Assembly (NCBI GenBank): GCA_963768055.1
Contig: CAVYGN010000001.1
Coordinates: forward strand, 1,230,080-1,294,079
Length of the DNA: 64,000 bases
From: an uncultured Spirochaetota bacterium
GTDB lineage: Bacteria > Spirochaetota > Brevinematia > Brevinematales > JAOACQ01
Reading direction: 5' to 3'
Shown here: positions 26,601 through 37,069 of the stretch, one piece after another
How the letters are laid out: each line of letters starts with the position of its first letter
Numbering within the stretch: the stretch's first letter is position 1
Made by a program: the position numbers and the translations under genes
The notes under the pieces: model-generated
Seen by the model: only the letters and a program-made list of their open reading frames with translations
Databases searched by the model: none
What the model was told of the DNA's origin: nothing

Positions 26601-27818
26601 AGACCGGTTGATTTTCAGCCCCTTCTTCTTCAACTCAGGAAATATTTTTTCTATTTCGGCAATGATTTGAGACGATACGGGCGGGCATCCCCTGATGAAT
26701 ATCCCTCCCTCTTTATCATTGCGCCTGATAGTACAGTTTCCGATGAGGAGGGTACCTTCAGGCTGTTTTCCTATCGCCTTCCCGATTGCGATCCGAAGCG
26801 GCTTTCCGGGATCGAGATAATCGGCGAAATCGGAGTAATAACGCTTCAGGAACATCAGGACTGTCGAAAGGCAGGCGCTGCAGGAATCCATATCTTCGAC
26901 AACAATATTCGAATATTCAAGGGTTATTTTTTTGGGGGGCGCTTCGAAGGCTTCAATCCATTTTATATAATCTGCCGGGTCGGCATCTATTTTATTATTG
27001 ATATCAAACCTTTTGTCCTTGATATTAAGCATTTTCCAGGCTTCTCTAAGGTGGATCACTTCCCCCGGTTTAAAACCCATCAGTTCGACCCCAATCGTAT
27101 CGGCGGCAAGACAGTTCAGCGAGGCCAGGACAATACCGGTTTTCCTGGCATTGCCGGCGCTGGGCCCCATGCCTTCCTGCGCTATTGAACCGTCAATAAT
27201 TGTAAAATCAGGCATCAGTACGCTTGCCATATCCGCTATGGCATAATCCAGCGGTTTCCCGGGCTCCTCAACCTCTTCCGACGGGGAAAGCTGATGCAGT
27301 TTGACCTTTTCCCTTCCGAAAAGGCACCCCTTCATGTTTTTAATCCCAAGCGAAACCTGTGTATGCATGTGCGTCTTCATTACAGGAACAGAAACAATGA
27401 AATTATCTTTCAGGATTTCCCTGCAGACCCTTATTTTATTTATTACCCTGCCCCCGGGAATATTGATAGTTTCATATCCCGAAGAATCAAGATCAATAAG
27501 CTCGACACCTCTCTTTCTCGCTGCTTCCGCAATACCGCTTTTTTCAAGAGATTCCAGGGCCCTGACCCCTATTATTGGGCTTTCGGCCACCGCAATGTTT
27601 TTTAATCCGGCCGCTATAAAGTGGTCGATAACGCCCGCGACGGCTTCCGGGTTTGTATTTATACCCCGGCCCGGCCCGGCCATTCTTCCGGCATTGGGCT
27701 TGATGAGAACACGCCTGTCGTTTATCCCGAGCTGATTAACCGGAAATTCCTGCAGAACCTCCCGGACTAAAACATATGCATCGTCACCTTTTCTGATCAC
27801 TACTTTATTGAAATTCAC
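26595..27818 (-). CDS. DUF362-domain protein with Cys-rich C-terminal region
   Basis: VLIKPNAGR...VPVMKTHMHTQVSLGIKNMKGC is the DUF362 signature. GTG start with GAGGAG 9 nt upstream. Confidence 0.7.
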   Translation of the reverse strand: MNFNKVVIRKGDDAYVLVREVLQEFPVNQLGINDRRVLIKPNAGRMAGPGRGINTNPEAVAGVIDHFIAAGLKNIAVAESPIIGVRALESLEKSGIAEAARKRGVELIDLDSSGYETINIPGGRVINKIRVCREILKDNFIVSVPVMKTHMHTQVSLGIKNMKGCLFGREKVKLHQLSPSEEVEEPGKPLDYAIADMASVLMPDFTIIDGSIAQEGMGPSAGNARKTGIVLASLNCLAADTIGVELMGFKPGEVIHLREAWKMLNIKDKRFDINNKIDADPADYIKWIEAFEAPPKKITLEYSNIVVEDMDSCSACLSTVLMFLKRYYSDFADYLDPGKPLRIAIGKAIGKQPEGTLLIGNCTIRRNDKEGGIFIRGCPPVSSQIIAEIEKIFPELKKKGLKINRSL

Positions 27819-27833
27819 TCTTTTATTTACTCC

Positions 27834-29591
27834 TCAGCGGTTTTTAATTCTAAAACCATCTTCAAAACTCCCGCCCCTCAGTTCAAGCCCTTTATAAGCC
27901 TGGGCAGTACTGGGAAAAGGATCGTGCCAGCAGTAGGCGGTTGTAATATTGGGTATATAATATTTATGGTTTTTATCTAAATAATACTCTGAAATTCCCG
28001 TAGGGCTCTGCCCATAATCGGCGGGTATTATGATTCTCCCGGGAATGCCGGATACATTATCTTTTAAATATGTCAAACCCCTGTTAGAAAAAAAATACCT
28101 GTCGAAAAGAAAAACTTCAAATACTATAATAAACACTATCAATGCGGCCGAATAAAATTTTGAAATCATTATAAGACGGGTATTATTATTAATAAAACGT
28201 ATTAATGCCGGTAAAATAACCAGAAGGCTGAAAACAGTAAATAACCCGGCTCCATACCTGACATCAGGTGCGCTGTAAAAAAGAAATAATACCCCGCATG
28301 CTGCACTGATATGGCATATCAGATAATTTTTATATTTTTTTATATAGGCCGGTAATTTTTTAATATGAAACGGCAATAAGGTCATGTAATATACCATGGA
28401 TAGAAAAGCCGCTGTAAAAAGGGGCCAGATAACAAACTTGTACTGTATATTAAGGCCCATAAGCCATAACGGCAGGTATTTGAAAACAGACATATTGCCG
28501 ATAGGGAATGACCAATCTTTTATCCCGTTGATGTCATCCAGAACTATGTACCCGGGCATTTTCCAATCTACATTAAAAATACCTGTTTGAATCACCGGAT
28601 AAACGACATAACCGGAAATAATTACATTTCGAACCAGCCAGGGAAATATTATTAAACAGGATAATAATACTAATAAAAAGGCCTTGAATTTTCTCCGGAA
28701 TAATTCACGGGCGGTAATATAAATAGCAAATAAAAACAATGGCGCTCCCGCAAGCTTGACAGTAATCAAATACGAAGTAAAGATAACGATGATTACACTG
28801 ATAATATCGAATTCATAAACCCCCTGCTCTTCAATTTTATTAATGAACATCAAGAAAATCGTCCATATAATAATCGCATCGGGCATATCCGTACCGGGCG
28901 ATGAAGAAAAATTCGTGTATAAATAAACCGATATCGGAAAAACAAAAGAAGCGGCGAGCCCGCTCAATCTGTTATGTTTTCTAAAAAAATCATCCGCCGT
29001 CGATAAAAAATAAAAAGCCCCGAATAAAAAAAATATCCCGTTTAAAACATGAAACGATTGCAGCTTAAAAAATGAAAAGCTGAATAAAGCGCAGGGCAAA
29101 AACCAGTTGTTGTCATAAGCTATATTTCGATGAAAATTACCCAGGCCCGGAACGGCCTTATATTCCTCGATCCAGTGAATGGATTGCGCATGATATAAAG
29201 CCGTATCGAAATTTTTCGGCGTATAAATGGAAGTCTCGAATAATATTATAAGGAAAAGAATAAAAAAGGCGGCAAGGGAAAATATAGTGTTTTTTTTTAA
29301 TTCGTTCACATGGGCCGTAAAATAACCAGATATCTTTTTGTGTTCAAATAACAGGTAAATTACTGCTATTGAAATTACAAAAATGTTAACGATTAAACCG
29401 ATTTTCATGAATATGGAAAAACATGTAGCGATAGTCCCCAGAATACAAACCCCAAGGATCAGTACTATGGGAAGACGTGTTGTATCCGTTTTTTCAAATC
29501 CGAAAATCGTTTTCAATAATTCGATAGTCATCAGCCCGTAAATATAGCTTATAATTGTTATCCAGATCCATATAAGTAATGTCAGAAGCAT
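27834..29591 (-). CDS. Large polytopic membrane protein (~14 TM) with C-terminal soluble domain; possible GT-C-like glycosyltransferase or polymerase
   Basis: 585 aa, almost entirely hydrophobic helices. GAGGT RBS. No motif I can name. Confidence 0.55.
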   Translation of the reverse strand: MLLTLLIWIWITIISYIYGLMTIELLKTIFGFEKTDTTRLPIVLILGVCILGTIATCFSIFMKIGLIVNIFVISIAVIYLLFEHKKISGYFTAHVNELKKNTIFSLAAFFILFLIILFETSIYTPKNFDTALYHAQSIHWIEEYKAVPGLGNFHRNIAYDNNWFLPCALFSFSFFKLQSFHVLNGIFFLFGAFYFLSTADDFFRKHNRLSGLAASFVFPISVYLYTNFSSSPGTDMPDAIIIWTIFLMFINKIEEQGVYEFDIISVIIVIFTSYLITVKLAGAPLFLFAIYITARELFRRKFKAFLLVLLSCLIIFPWLVRNVIISGYVVYPVIQTGIFNVDWKMPGYIVLDDINGIKDWSFPIGNMSVFKYLPLWLMGLNIQYKFVIWPLFTAAFLSMVYYMTLLPFHIKKLPAYIKKYKNYLICHISAACGVLFLFYSAPDVRYGAGLFTVFSLLVILPALIRFINNNTRLIMISKFYSAALIVFIIVFEVFLFDRYFFSNRGLTYLKDNVSGIPGRIIIPADYGQSPTGISEYYLDKNHKYYIPNITTAYCWHDPFPSTAQAYKGLELRGGSFEDGFRIKNR

Positions 29592-29603
29592 CTGTTACCT
29601 CGA

Positions 29604-30956
29604 CTAATAATCAGGAATCCGGTAGATTCCGCGCTTAACATAAATAAAGAGTTCCCTGGCCGATGAATCGCCCCATTCATCGGCCAGGGGATGCAATCCT
29701 TTTCCTGTTTCTTTCCAATTATTCAAACTCGTTATCAAATTCTCTCTGTGTCTTTTCACCGGTTCATATTTAAGGCAGTAAATCAATCCGCAATAAAAGA
29801 CTGACGATACAAGCGAGGCGGTAAATAAACGCCTGATCCAGATTGCATTATCATCTATCAATTCTACAAGGCTCAGATAAACTAATATAACGAACTGGAT
29901 TGAAACAACGCGATAGCGTGATGTAATAGCCTGGTCAAGCCCGATAGTATTTCCTCTTTCAATCATCGCACCGAAAGCTGTCAGCATCAAAAATATGAAA
30001 ACGGCAAAGAGAGCCGGATTTTTCCTATCGTACCTTATAAAACAAAGAAATATAAAGTATGATGCAACGATTATTCCCACAATCAGGGGAATTATCCGGC
30101 TTAGTGCACCTAACAGGTTTCCGCCCTGTTGAATTATATAACTTGTAAAACTGGCGCCGAAGCAGTTTCCGATAAAATAAAAAAAATATAAAGGCATGAG
30201 CTCCAGCCCCTGTAAGGTAAAAACCGGGGTTTCTATCTTTCCGAAATTCCAATATAAAAAATCACCGGAATAATAGCGGTAAAATAATATCACAGGAATA
30301 GACAATAAAAGCCATAAAACGGATTTTTTCAAGTCTTTCCTATACAGCAGGAACAAAAGGCCGATTCCAAGGAATAATACCCCGTTTGCTTGAGAGAAAT
30401 AGGCAGCTACGCTTAAAAAATATGCCAGAACGGTCCAGCCCCAATTGTCTGATTTTTCAGAAAGAATCAGAACCGAAAGATATCCAAAAGCCATAACATA
30501 AAAATTAGTCAGCGATGCCATGCCGAAAAAGCTGTTTTCCGAATATCCCGTCTGAAAGAACATGAATACAGCCGGGACAAAAAGCATTATTTTATCGGTT
30601 TTCGGCCGGAACATGCGGTAAAGTGCAGAAATGATTACTATAAGTCCGGCATTGCCTATAAACTGCATCAGTCTTACATTTACATTTCCGAATAATAAAT
30701 ACTGAAGCAGGGTAACCAGCTTATTGAAAGGCTGTCGATGATCGTTCCAGAAACCCATTATGAGATTGAATCGCTCAAGCAGGGTTTTACTATCCAGATA
30801 CCGGACCATGAACATATAAACCGTCGTATAATCGTCATTATACGGAATATTTACAGAAAATATTGCAAGATTAATAAAAAAAACAAAGAGCGGAACCAGC
30901 ATAATGGATAACCATGACAGTTCTTTCCGGCTTAACTTTAAACCTGCAAAATCCAT
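29604..30956 (-). CDS. Polytopic membrane protein (~11-12 TM), GT-C-like (acidic YNDDY motif in first predicted loop)
   Basis: 450 aa. Hydrophobicity pattern, and an IPYNDDY motif after TM1 that resembles the GT-C first-loop acidic motif. Confidence 0.5.
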   Translation of the reverse strand: MDFAGLKLSRKELSWLSIMLVPLFVFFINLAIFSVNIPYNDDYTTVYMFMVRYLDSKTLLERFNLIMGFWNDHRQPFNKLVTLLQYLLFGNVNVRLMQFIGNAGLIVIISALYRMFRPKTDKIMLFVPAVFMFFQTGYSENSFFGMASLTNFYVMAFGYLSVLILSEKSDNWGWTVLAYFLSVAAYFSQANGVLFLGIGLLFLLYRKDLKKSVLWLLLSIPVILFYRYYSGDFLYWNFGKIETPVFTLQGLELMPLYFFYFIGNCFGASFTSYIIQQGGNLLGALSRIIPLIVGIIVASYFIFLCFIRYDRKNPALFAVFIFLMLTAFGAMIERGNTIGLDQAITSRYRVVSIQFVILVYLSLVELIDDNAIWIRRLFTASLVSSVFYCGLIYCLKYEPVKRHRENLITSLNNWKETGKGLHPLADEWGDSSARELFIYVKRGIYRIPDY

Positions 30957-31023
30957 AAATCTAAATTCTCCAGTCTTAGATCAGTGCTGTACAGGAAACC
31001 TGATCCCCGATCAAAACTTTTAA

Positions 31024-32589
31024 TTATAGACTCGTTAAAGCATTATCGGATAGATACGGCCAGATATCATTTTTAGGGTCGTTAAACCTTTCCCTGATAG
31101 ACGAGAAATTAATAGGATTGATAATTGTAACCGAATCCTTATATAAATCTACTTTATAAGGCTTTATCCTGTTTAATTTTTCATCAAGAAATACAATGAC
31201 AACCGGCTTATCCAATGATGATTTATTGACATCCGCAACCAATCCGATCTTTTCATCCCTTAGAAAAACCCAGCTTCCTACCGGGTACATGGAAGCCGCG
31301 CGAATAAAAGCGTAAATAACATCCCCGTCAAATTTAATCCTTTCATTGCTTAAAAGGTTCATTAAAAACTCCCTTGGATTCAGGGGTTTTTCTACAAAGG
31401 GATTTTTTGTAGTTGACTCGATAAAGTGTTCCGCAAACATAAGGACGGGAGTATATTTAGAAAACAAATGAGGAAGAGTTCCGTTCGGCCTTCCGGAACC
31501 GTCAAAACGTTCATTATGCTGGAATACCGCATTCTGGACTTCGAAATCGATATTAAGCTTTTTTGATAAATGAAAACCCTCGCTGGGATGAAGCTCATTA
31601 ATTCTCTGGTTAGTAACGCCGAATTTAAAGCCCGGATTCATATTGGGCACGTATTTTTTTAAGCTGATATCATGGAGAAAGGCAGATATTCCGACATTGA
31701 TCAAATCCTCAAGCGAGAAGAATTTTTTACTGAGGGATAAAAAAGTGTCAAATTCGTTTTCTTTTAAAATCTCTGTTTTTCCCTGTACCATTTTAGTCAT
31801 TTCTATCGCTGTAATGAGTGAAATAATTACAACCTGCAGAGAATGATAGGATAAAAAATCCCTGAAATGATCTTCCTGAATAATCCTTGCCAGGAGCCCT
31901 ATGGACAATCTATAACCGATATCGCCCATAAGATCGGCGATAATATCTTCGACAAATGAGCTGTAAACAGTTTGATCGTTAATAACCGCATTTAAAAAGA
32001 TCTCGGCGTTTGTTTCATAGGTTTCCATTTTTTTAGCTAAATCCAGCGCGGTTATTGATCCGATTTGTTCAAGGCCCTCCAGGTCAGAAGAGGAAATGGA
32101 AAACTCATTGATAACCTTCATGGATTCTTCTATAAATTGAATACTGCTCTTTTTTAAAGCCTTGCTGAATTTGTCTTTCTGCTTCTGCTGTTTTTCATTT
32201 ATCTTTTCCAGGTAATTTTCACCCCTGATCCATTCCTTTTTTAATTCTACTATTTCCTGCAAATTGCCGCATTGAGTTATATCCGAAATGGATGTTATTT
32301 TTTGCTGACCGGTCATTTCCTTTTTTGAAATTTCATCTTTCAATTCCTTCCTGTAAATATCATTGACAGATATACCGGAACCGTCATCCTCTTCCGTATA
32401 TTCGCTTTCCAGAAGAAAAACCTGTGTTTTATGAATATTATGCTGTATGATTTTATTGATATCCAATAATGAAAGGACATGACCCCTGGTTAAACCGCAT
32501 ATATTGATATTCTCGCTGAGAACATTACCGGGTTTCAATTCACTGACATTAACTTCCTTCAGATTCCGATAATATTTTTGTCCTGCCAT
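31024..32589 (-). CDS. HD-GYP-type c-di-GMP phosphodiesterase-like protein with long N-terminal region
   Basis: AFLHDISLKK and VFQHNERFDGSGRPNG (variant of HHExxDGxGYP). GAGGTGA RBS. Confidence 0.7.
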   Translation of the reverse strand: MAGQKYYRNLKEVNVSELKPGNVLSENINICGLTRGHVLSLLDINKIIQHNIHKTQVFLLESEYTEEDDGSGISVNDIYRKELKDEISKKEMTGQQKITSISDITQCGNLQEIVELKKEWIRGENYLEKINEKQQKQKDKFSKALKKSSIQFIEESMKVINEFSISSSDLEGLEQIGSITALDLAKKMETYETNAEIFLNAVINDQTVYSSFVEDIIADLMGDIGYRLSIGLLARIIQEDHFRDFLSYHSLQVVIISLITAIEMTKMVQGKTEILKENEFDTFLSLSKKFFSLEDLINVGISAFLHDISLKKYVPNMNPGFKFGVTNQRINELHPSEGFHLSKKLNIDFEVQNAVFQHNERFDGSGRPNGTLPHLFSKYTPVLMFAEHFIESTTKNPFVEKPLNPREFLMNLLSNERIKFDGDVIYAFIRAASMYPVGSWVFLRDEKIGLVADVNKSSLDKPVVIVFLDEKLNRIKPYKVDLYKDSVTIINPINFSSIRERFNDPKNDIWPYLSDNALTSL

Positions 32590-32791
32590 CCCATTTCACC
32601 TCACTTCGAGTAACCCCTATCCCCTTTAAATAATATAGAATGCCGCCTGATATATATCAAATTTTCTTCGTCCCAATTTGAATAATTGATTTTTGGATGA
32701 TATACTTATGGGCAGTTCTCATAATTCAAGAATATTGTACATAGCCTATGCGCCCTTATTGATTTTTGTCGTTAAAATGGGGGAAAACCTT

Positions 32792-33334
32792 ATGCCTGAA
32801 AATAAATGGCATTCAACTACAGTCATTTGTGTTAGAAAAGAAGATTATATCGCGATGGCGGGAGACGGCCAGGTAACTCTTGGAGAAACTGTCATAAAGA
32901 GCAACGCAGTCAAGATAAGAAAGCTTTTTAAGGATACTGTTCTCGCCGGTTTTGCAGGCTCGGCCGCCGATGCATTCGCTTTGCTGGAAAAATTCGAGAC
33001 AAAACTGGAGGAATATTCCGGGGACATAGTTAAATCAAGCGTTAGCCTGGCCAAGGATTGGCGGCTCGATAAATACTTAAGACAACTTGAAGCGATGCTG
33101 ATCGTTGCGAATAATAAAAACACTCTGCTTATTTCCGGAAACGGTAATATTATCGAACCCGAGGATAATATCGCCGCGATTGGTTCAGGGGCTCCCTATG
33201 CCAGGGCTGCAGCGCTTGCTTTTTTATCCTCGAACCCGGACATGGCGATAAAGGATGTCGCTTACCAGTCGCTTAAAATCGCTTCAAGGATCTGTATATA
33301 TACCAATGACAGCATAACCGTAGAAGTTCTGTAA
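32792..33334 (+). CDS. hslV: ATP-dependent protease subunit HslV (with short propeptide)
   Basis: MPENKWHS-TTVICVRK...GDGQVTLGE...GFAGSAADAF. Start moved to ATG 32792. The upstream track extension has no RBS and no HslV homology. Confidence 0.88.
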   Translation: MPENKWHSTTVICVRKEDYIAMAGDGQVTLGETVIKSNAVKIRKLFKDTVLAGFAGSAADAFALLEKFETKLEEYSGDIVKSSVSLAKDWRLDKYLRQLEAMLIVANNKNTLLISGNGNIIEPEDNIAAIGSGAPYARAAALAFLSSNPDMAIKDVAYQSLKIASRICIYTNDSITVEVL

Positions 33335-33348
33335 TATCAGGATTAAAT

Positions 33349-34740
33349 ATGGCAAACCGCAGAAACTCAATCGTTGAAATAAATGAAACTTTGAATGATT
33401 TCAAACCTATTGAAATCGTGAAGTCTCTTGATAATTATATTATTGGCCAGGAAAGGGCAAAAAGGCTTGTCGCTATTGCTCTGAGGAACAGGTTAAGAAG
33501 AAAATTCGTTTCTGACGAACTGAAGGACGAAATTGCCCCCAAGAATATTCTTATGATCGGCCCTACAGGGGTTGGGAAAACTGAAATTGCCCGCAGGATG
33601 GCCCAGATCCTTGACGCTCCATTCCTTAAAGTTGAAGCGACGAAATTCACTGAAAGGGGATACGTAGGAAGGGACGTCGAATATATGATAAGGGCCCTTG
33701 TAAACTTTTCTGTTAATATAATAAAGTCCAGAATGAAAGAAGTGGCAAAAGAGGATGTTTATTCCGATGTGCTTAAAGTAATTCAAAAAAATGTATTTGA
33801 TGAACTTGCCCATTCGGGAGATTTGAACGGTGAAAATATAACGATTGACAAAACAAAGGCTAGAAACGATATCAAAAAAAGGGTAAGGGGCAATGATTTT
33901 GACAGTATGAAAATAAGCATCAAACTGCGAAAAAAGTCATTGCCTATATTCCCCATGGTTGAGATCTTTCCCGGCATGGACGAAGGCGAAGGATCTTTCC
34001 AATCTATGTTCAATGACATGGGTATGGGTATGGAATCGGAGGAGATGAAAAGGATAACCGTTAAAGAAGCCAAAGAAGCCTTGACGCAACAATATATGGA
34101 AGACAGGATTGATAAAGACAAGGCGATAGAAATCGGGATCAGGTGGGCCCAGGAAATGGGTATTGTCTTTATAGATGAAATTGATAAAATAGCAGATAAG
34201 GCAAAGGGTCAGGGACCAGATGTATCGAGGGAAGGAGTCCAGAGAGACATCCTGCCGATTGTCGAAGGGACATCTGTGAGCACAAAATATGGAACAGTAA
34301 AAACGGATCATATGCTTTTTATCGCTGCCGGGGCTTTTCATGTATCGAAACCGTCCGATATGATACCCGAACTGCAGGGCCGTTTTCCAATACGGGTAGA
34401 ACTTAACAGTTTACGAAAAGAAGACCTGAAAAGGATCCTTGTAGAACCTAAAAATTCGCTGATAAAACAATATAAAGCCCTGCTTTACACAGAAGGCGTT
34501 GACCTGGATTTCGAAGAGGGGGCTTTCGATAAAATCGTTGAAATTGCATATGAAATCAACAAAACCGTAGAGGATATCGGGGCAAGAAGGCTGCATACGG
34601 TTCTCGAATACCTTCTGGAGGATATATCATTCGAGGCGCCTTCAATGAAGGAGAAAAGTATAACATTAACCGAGGATTACGTGATAAAAAGATTAAGTTC
34701 GATAGTCAAGAGCATCGACCTTACAAAATATATTCTATAG
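33349..34740 (+). CDS. hslU: ATP-dependent protease ATPase subunit HslU
   Basis: Walker A GPTGVGKTEIARR, Walker B VFIDEIDK, I-domain insert. Confidence 0.93.
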   Translation: MANRRNSIVEINETLNDFKPIEIVKSLDNYIIGQERAKRLVAIALRNRLRRKFVSDELKDEIAPKNILMIGPTGVGKTEIARRMAQILDAPFLKVEATKFTERGYVGRDVEYMIRALVNFSVNIIKSRMKEVAKEDVYSDVLKVIQKNVFDELAHSGDLNGENITIDKTKARNDIKKRVRGNDFDSMKISIKLRKKSLPIFPMVEIFPGMDEGEGSFQSMFNDMGMGMESEEMKRITVKEAKEALTQQYMEDRIDKDKAIEIGIRWAQEMGIVFIDEIDKIADKAKGQGPDVSREGVQRDILPIVEGTSVSTKYGTVKTDHMLFIAAGAFHVSKPSDMIPELQGRFPIRVELNSLRKEDLKRILVEPKNSLIKQYKALLYTEGVDLDFEEGAFDKIVEIAYEINKTVEDIGARRLHTVLEYLLEDISFEAPSMKEKSITLTEDYVIKRLSSIVKSIDLTKYIL

Positions 34741-34748
34741 GTCAATTT

Positions 34749-35330
34749 ATGAATTTCATTAAATATTCAGCGGTATTGTTATTCATCATAAGCCTTATGG
34801 CAGTTCTTATGTACGGTATATTTATTGAATTTATGCCTGTATCATATGATACGATAGCAAGGCATAGCATCGGCGTTGTTTTCGGTGCCGGCATTACAAA
34901 ATCAAGCGAGCCAAGCCCGGCTTTAAAATTCAGGCTCGATAAGTCTATAGATCTTTACAGTGAGCAGAAAATTAAAATGATTTTCATCAGCGGCCAGTCC
35001 GCTGAAGCGACCGTTATGAAAAACTACCTCATAAAAAAAGGGATCCCTGTACGGAATATCATAGTTGATGAAAGAGGTGAAACAACTTTTATAACGGTTG
35101 AGAATGTTAAAAAATATATTCATTTCTTCGATATTGACGACGGAGCTGTCTTCATAAGCCAGAAATATCACATCCCAAGAATAATTTTCATCGTTCAAAA
35201 ACTGCATATTGAAAACGCCGAATTTATTGCGGCCGTTCCGAACAAGGTTAATATTTTCGAAGTGTCAATGATCGTCTCAAGGGAGACTTTCGCATGGCTT
35301 AAGAATATGTTTTTTGATCATGAGATATGA
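34749..35330 (+). CDS. DUF218 (YdcF/ElyC-family) membrane-anchored protein
   Basis: N-terminal TM, VVFGAGI...PSPALKFRLDKSIDLY...IFISGQS pattern. Confidence 0.65.
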   Translation: MNFIKYSAVLLFIISLMAVLMYGIFIEFMPVSYDTIARHSIGVVFGAGITKSSEPSPALKFRLDKSIDLYSEQKIKMIFISGQSAEATVMKNYLIKKGIPVRNIIVDERGETTFITVENVKKYIHFFDIDDGAVFISQKYHIPRIIFIVQKLHIENAEFIAAVPNKVNIFEVSMIVSRETFAWLKNMFFDHEI

Positions 35331-36052
35331 CCGAAGCGAATATAACCGAGATATTCCATTCTTTTCAGGGTGAAGGGTTCCTGGCGGGTAAACCCTTTCT
35401 ATTTGTAAGGTTCGGCGGATGCAATATCAATTGTTCCTACTGCGACACAAAATGGTCGAACCGGAAGAAAAAAAATTGTATTGTTAAAATGGATGATAAA
35501 AAAATAAAATTAAAAAACCCGATAACAATAGATCAATTTGCCGGGCTCCTCAAGTATTTCAAATTTTCTTTCATTTCATTTACCGGCGGTGAACCATTGC
35601 TCTATTCCGATTTCATCGAGGAGGCCCTGCCGCTGCTTCAAAATAAACAGGTCCTTATTGAAACTAACGGTACCTTATTCGAAAAAGTCACTGAAAAGCT
35701 AATCGACAATATAACATATTGGTCGGTTGACATTAAGCTTTTCAGCACCTCGAAACTTTTAACGGACAGAAACCACAAGCGTTTTTTAAATAAGATATCG
35801 GGCGGGAAGAATATTTTGATTAAATGCGTATTTTCACCGGGATCAAAAAAATCAGAACTTTTTTCTGCATTTAAAATGGCCTGTGAAATTTGTAAAAAAA
35901 ACGCCAATACCAATCTGACTTTTCAGCCTTTGACAGTAAATAACAATATAAAACCAGGAAAAAATATAGAAATTATCAGGGCTTTATCTGAAAAAGGCGG
36001 GGTCGATGTTCGCCTTATCCCGCAGATACACAGGATTTTACATATTAAATAG
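35327..36052 (+). CDS. queE: 7-carboxy-7-deazaguanine synthase-like radical SAM enzyme
   Basis: EIFHSFQGEGFLAGKPFLFVRFGGCNINCSYCDTKW. 4-nt ATGA overlap with the upstream gene. Confidence 0.8.
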   Translation: MTEANITEIFHSFQGEGFLAGKPFLFVRFGGCNINCSYCDTKWSNRKKKNCIVKMDDKKIKLKNPITIDQFAGLLKYFKFSFISFTGGEPLLYSDFIEEALPLLQNKQVLIETNGTLFEKVTEKLIDNITYWSVDIKLFSTSKLLTDRNHKRFLNKISGGKNILIKCVFSPGSKKSELFSAFKMACEICKKNANTNLTFQPLTVNNNIKPGKNIEIIRALSEKGGVDVRLIPQIHRILHIK

Positions 36053-36057
36053 CATTA

Positions 36058-36918
36058 TCAGGATCTCTTTGAAAAGAACCGGTAAGCATTTTTCTTTATA
36101 AGGGGTAATAAAATAAAATAATAAATCAGCCATATTACCGCCAGGATAATAAGGATCTTTTTATTGACGATGAATAGAAAGACAAAAGCTGAGCCTGTTA
36201 GCAAATAAAACAGTAACGGATAATACTTATTCTTTTTTAAGATTTTTTTTTTCAGGTATGCTATCGATTTGATTTTGCTTTCTTTAATTATTTCTTTTTT
36301 ACTTCTATTATGAAAATAATTTATTTTATAAAATTGAGACGACCTGTCCTCCGTCATTACTTTAATAAAAAAATAAATGCCTTTCATAGATACTAAAAAA
36401 CTGGTCTTTATATATTCTATCTGCTTTGTCTTATCTGTAATGATCGAATCAAGCAGTCCGGACAGCGATTTGATAAAATTTCTGTCAAACCCGGTTTTCA
36501 TATATGACAGCAGATACAAAGCAATCAACGTTGTAAGTTTTGTCCGGGGTGTTTCGATTGAAGCCCAGTCAGTATTTCTAACCTTAATAACAAGATCATT
36601 CTCTTTTTTAAAATCCATATCGGGGGAATAGTGGTCAATAATAGTAAGTATCATGTTATGGATACTGTCATCCAGTATGAATCCTACAGATTCATATGGG
36701 AAAAAAAACAAGCCCGGGGTCAACTCTTTGAACATTACGCCTTCCTCTTCCCATGCATCCCTGTTGACCAGGGTATTCCCCCCTTCATAATTCTCGACAA
36801 GATAATGCTTGAGATATGGCGTCTCAACAAGATATTTTAAAACATTCCAGTAAGAAATGACGTTTTCAAACTCTGCAGTGTATAGATCATTCCCGATATA
36901 TTTTATTTTTAGCGGCAT
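36058..36918 (-). CDS. Hypothetical protein with two C-terminal TM helices
   Basis: ORF with no competitor. I prefer ATG 36918 (GGGGA 7 nt upstream) to the TTG at 36945. Confidence 0.45.
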   Translation of the reverse strand: MPLKIKYIGNDLYTAEFENVISYWNVLKYLVETPYLKHYLVENYEGGNTLVNRDAWEEEGVMFKELTPGLFFFPYESVGFILDDSIHNMILTIIDHYSPDMDFKKENDLVIKVRNTDWASIETPRTKLTTLIALYLLSYMKTGFDRNFIKSLSGLLDSIITDKTKQIEYIKTSFLVSMKGIYFFIKVMTEDRSSQFYKINYFHNRSKKEIIKESKIKSIAYLKKKILKKNKYYPLLFYLLTGSAFVFLFIVNKKILIILAVIWLIYYFILLPLIKKNAYRFFSKRS

Positions 36919-37041
36919 TAAATTTCCCCAGATTAGACTCGACAATTATAATACTATCTTATTCAAAATCCTGCAAATTTTTATTTTGAATCCTGATCTG
37001 AGCCACAGTTTTCGAAATTTCATGAAGAATAAAAAATTTGC

Positions 37042-37069
37042 TTGCAAATTTCAGGGATTCTGTTATGAT
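37042..37069 (+). promoter_or_regulatory. Candidate promoter (TTGCAA-16 nt-TATGAT) for glgB, -35 embedded in the palindrome AAATTTGC-tt-GCAAATTT (37034-37051)
   Basis: Read directly from the sequence, ~105 nt upstream of the glgB ATG. Confidence 0.35.
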
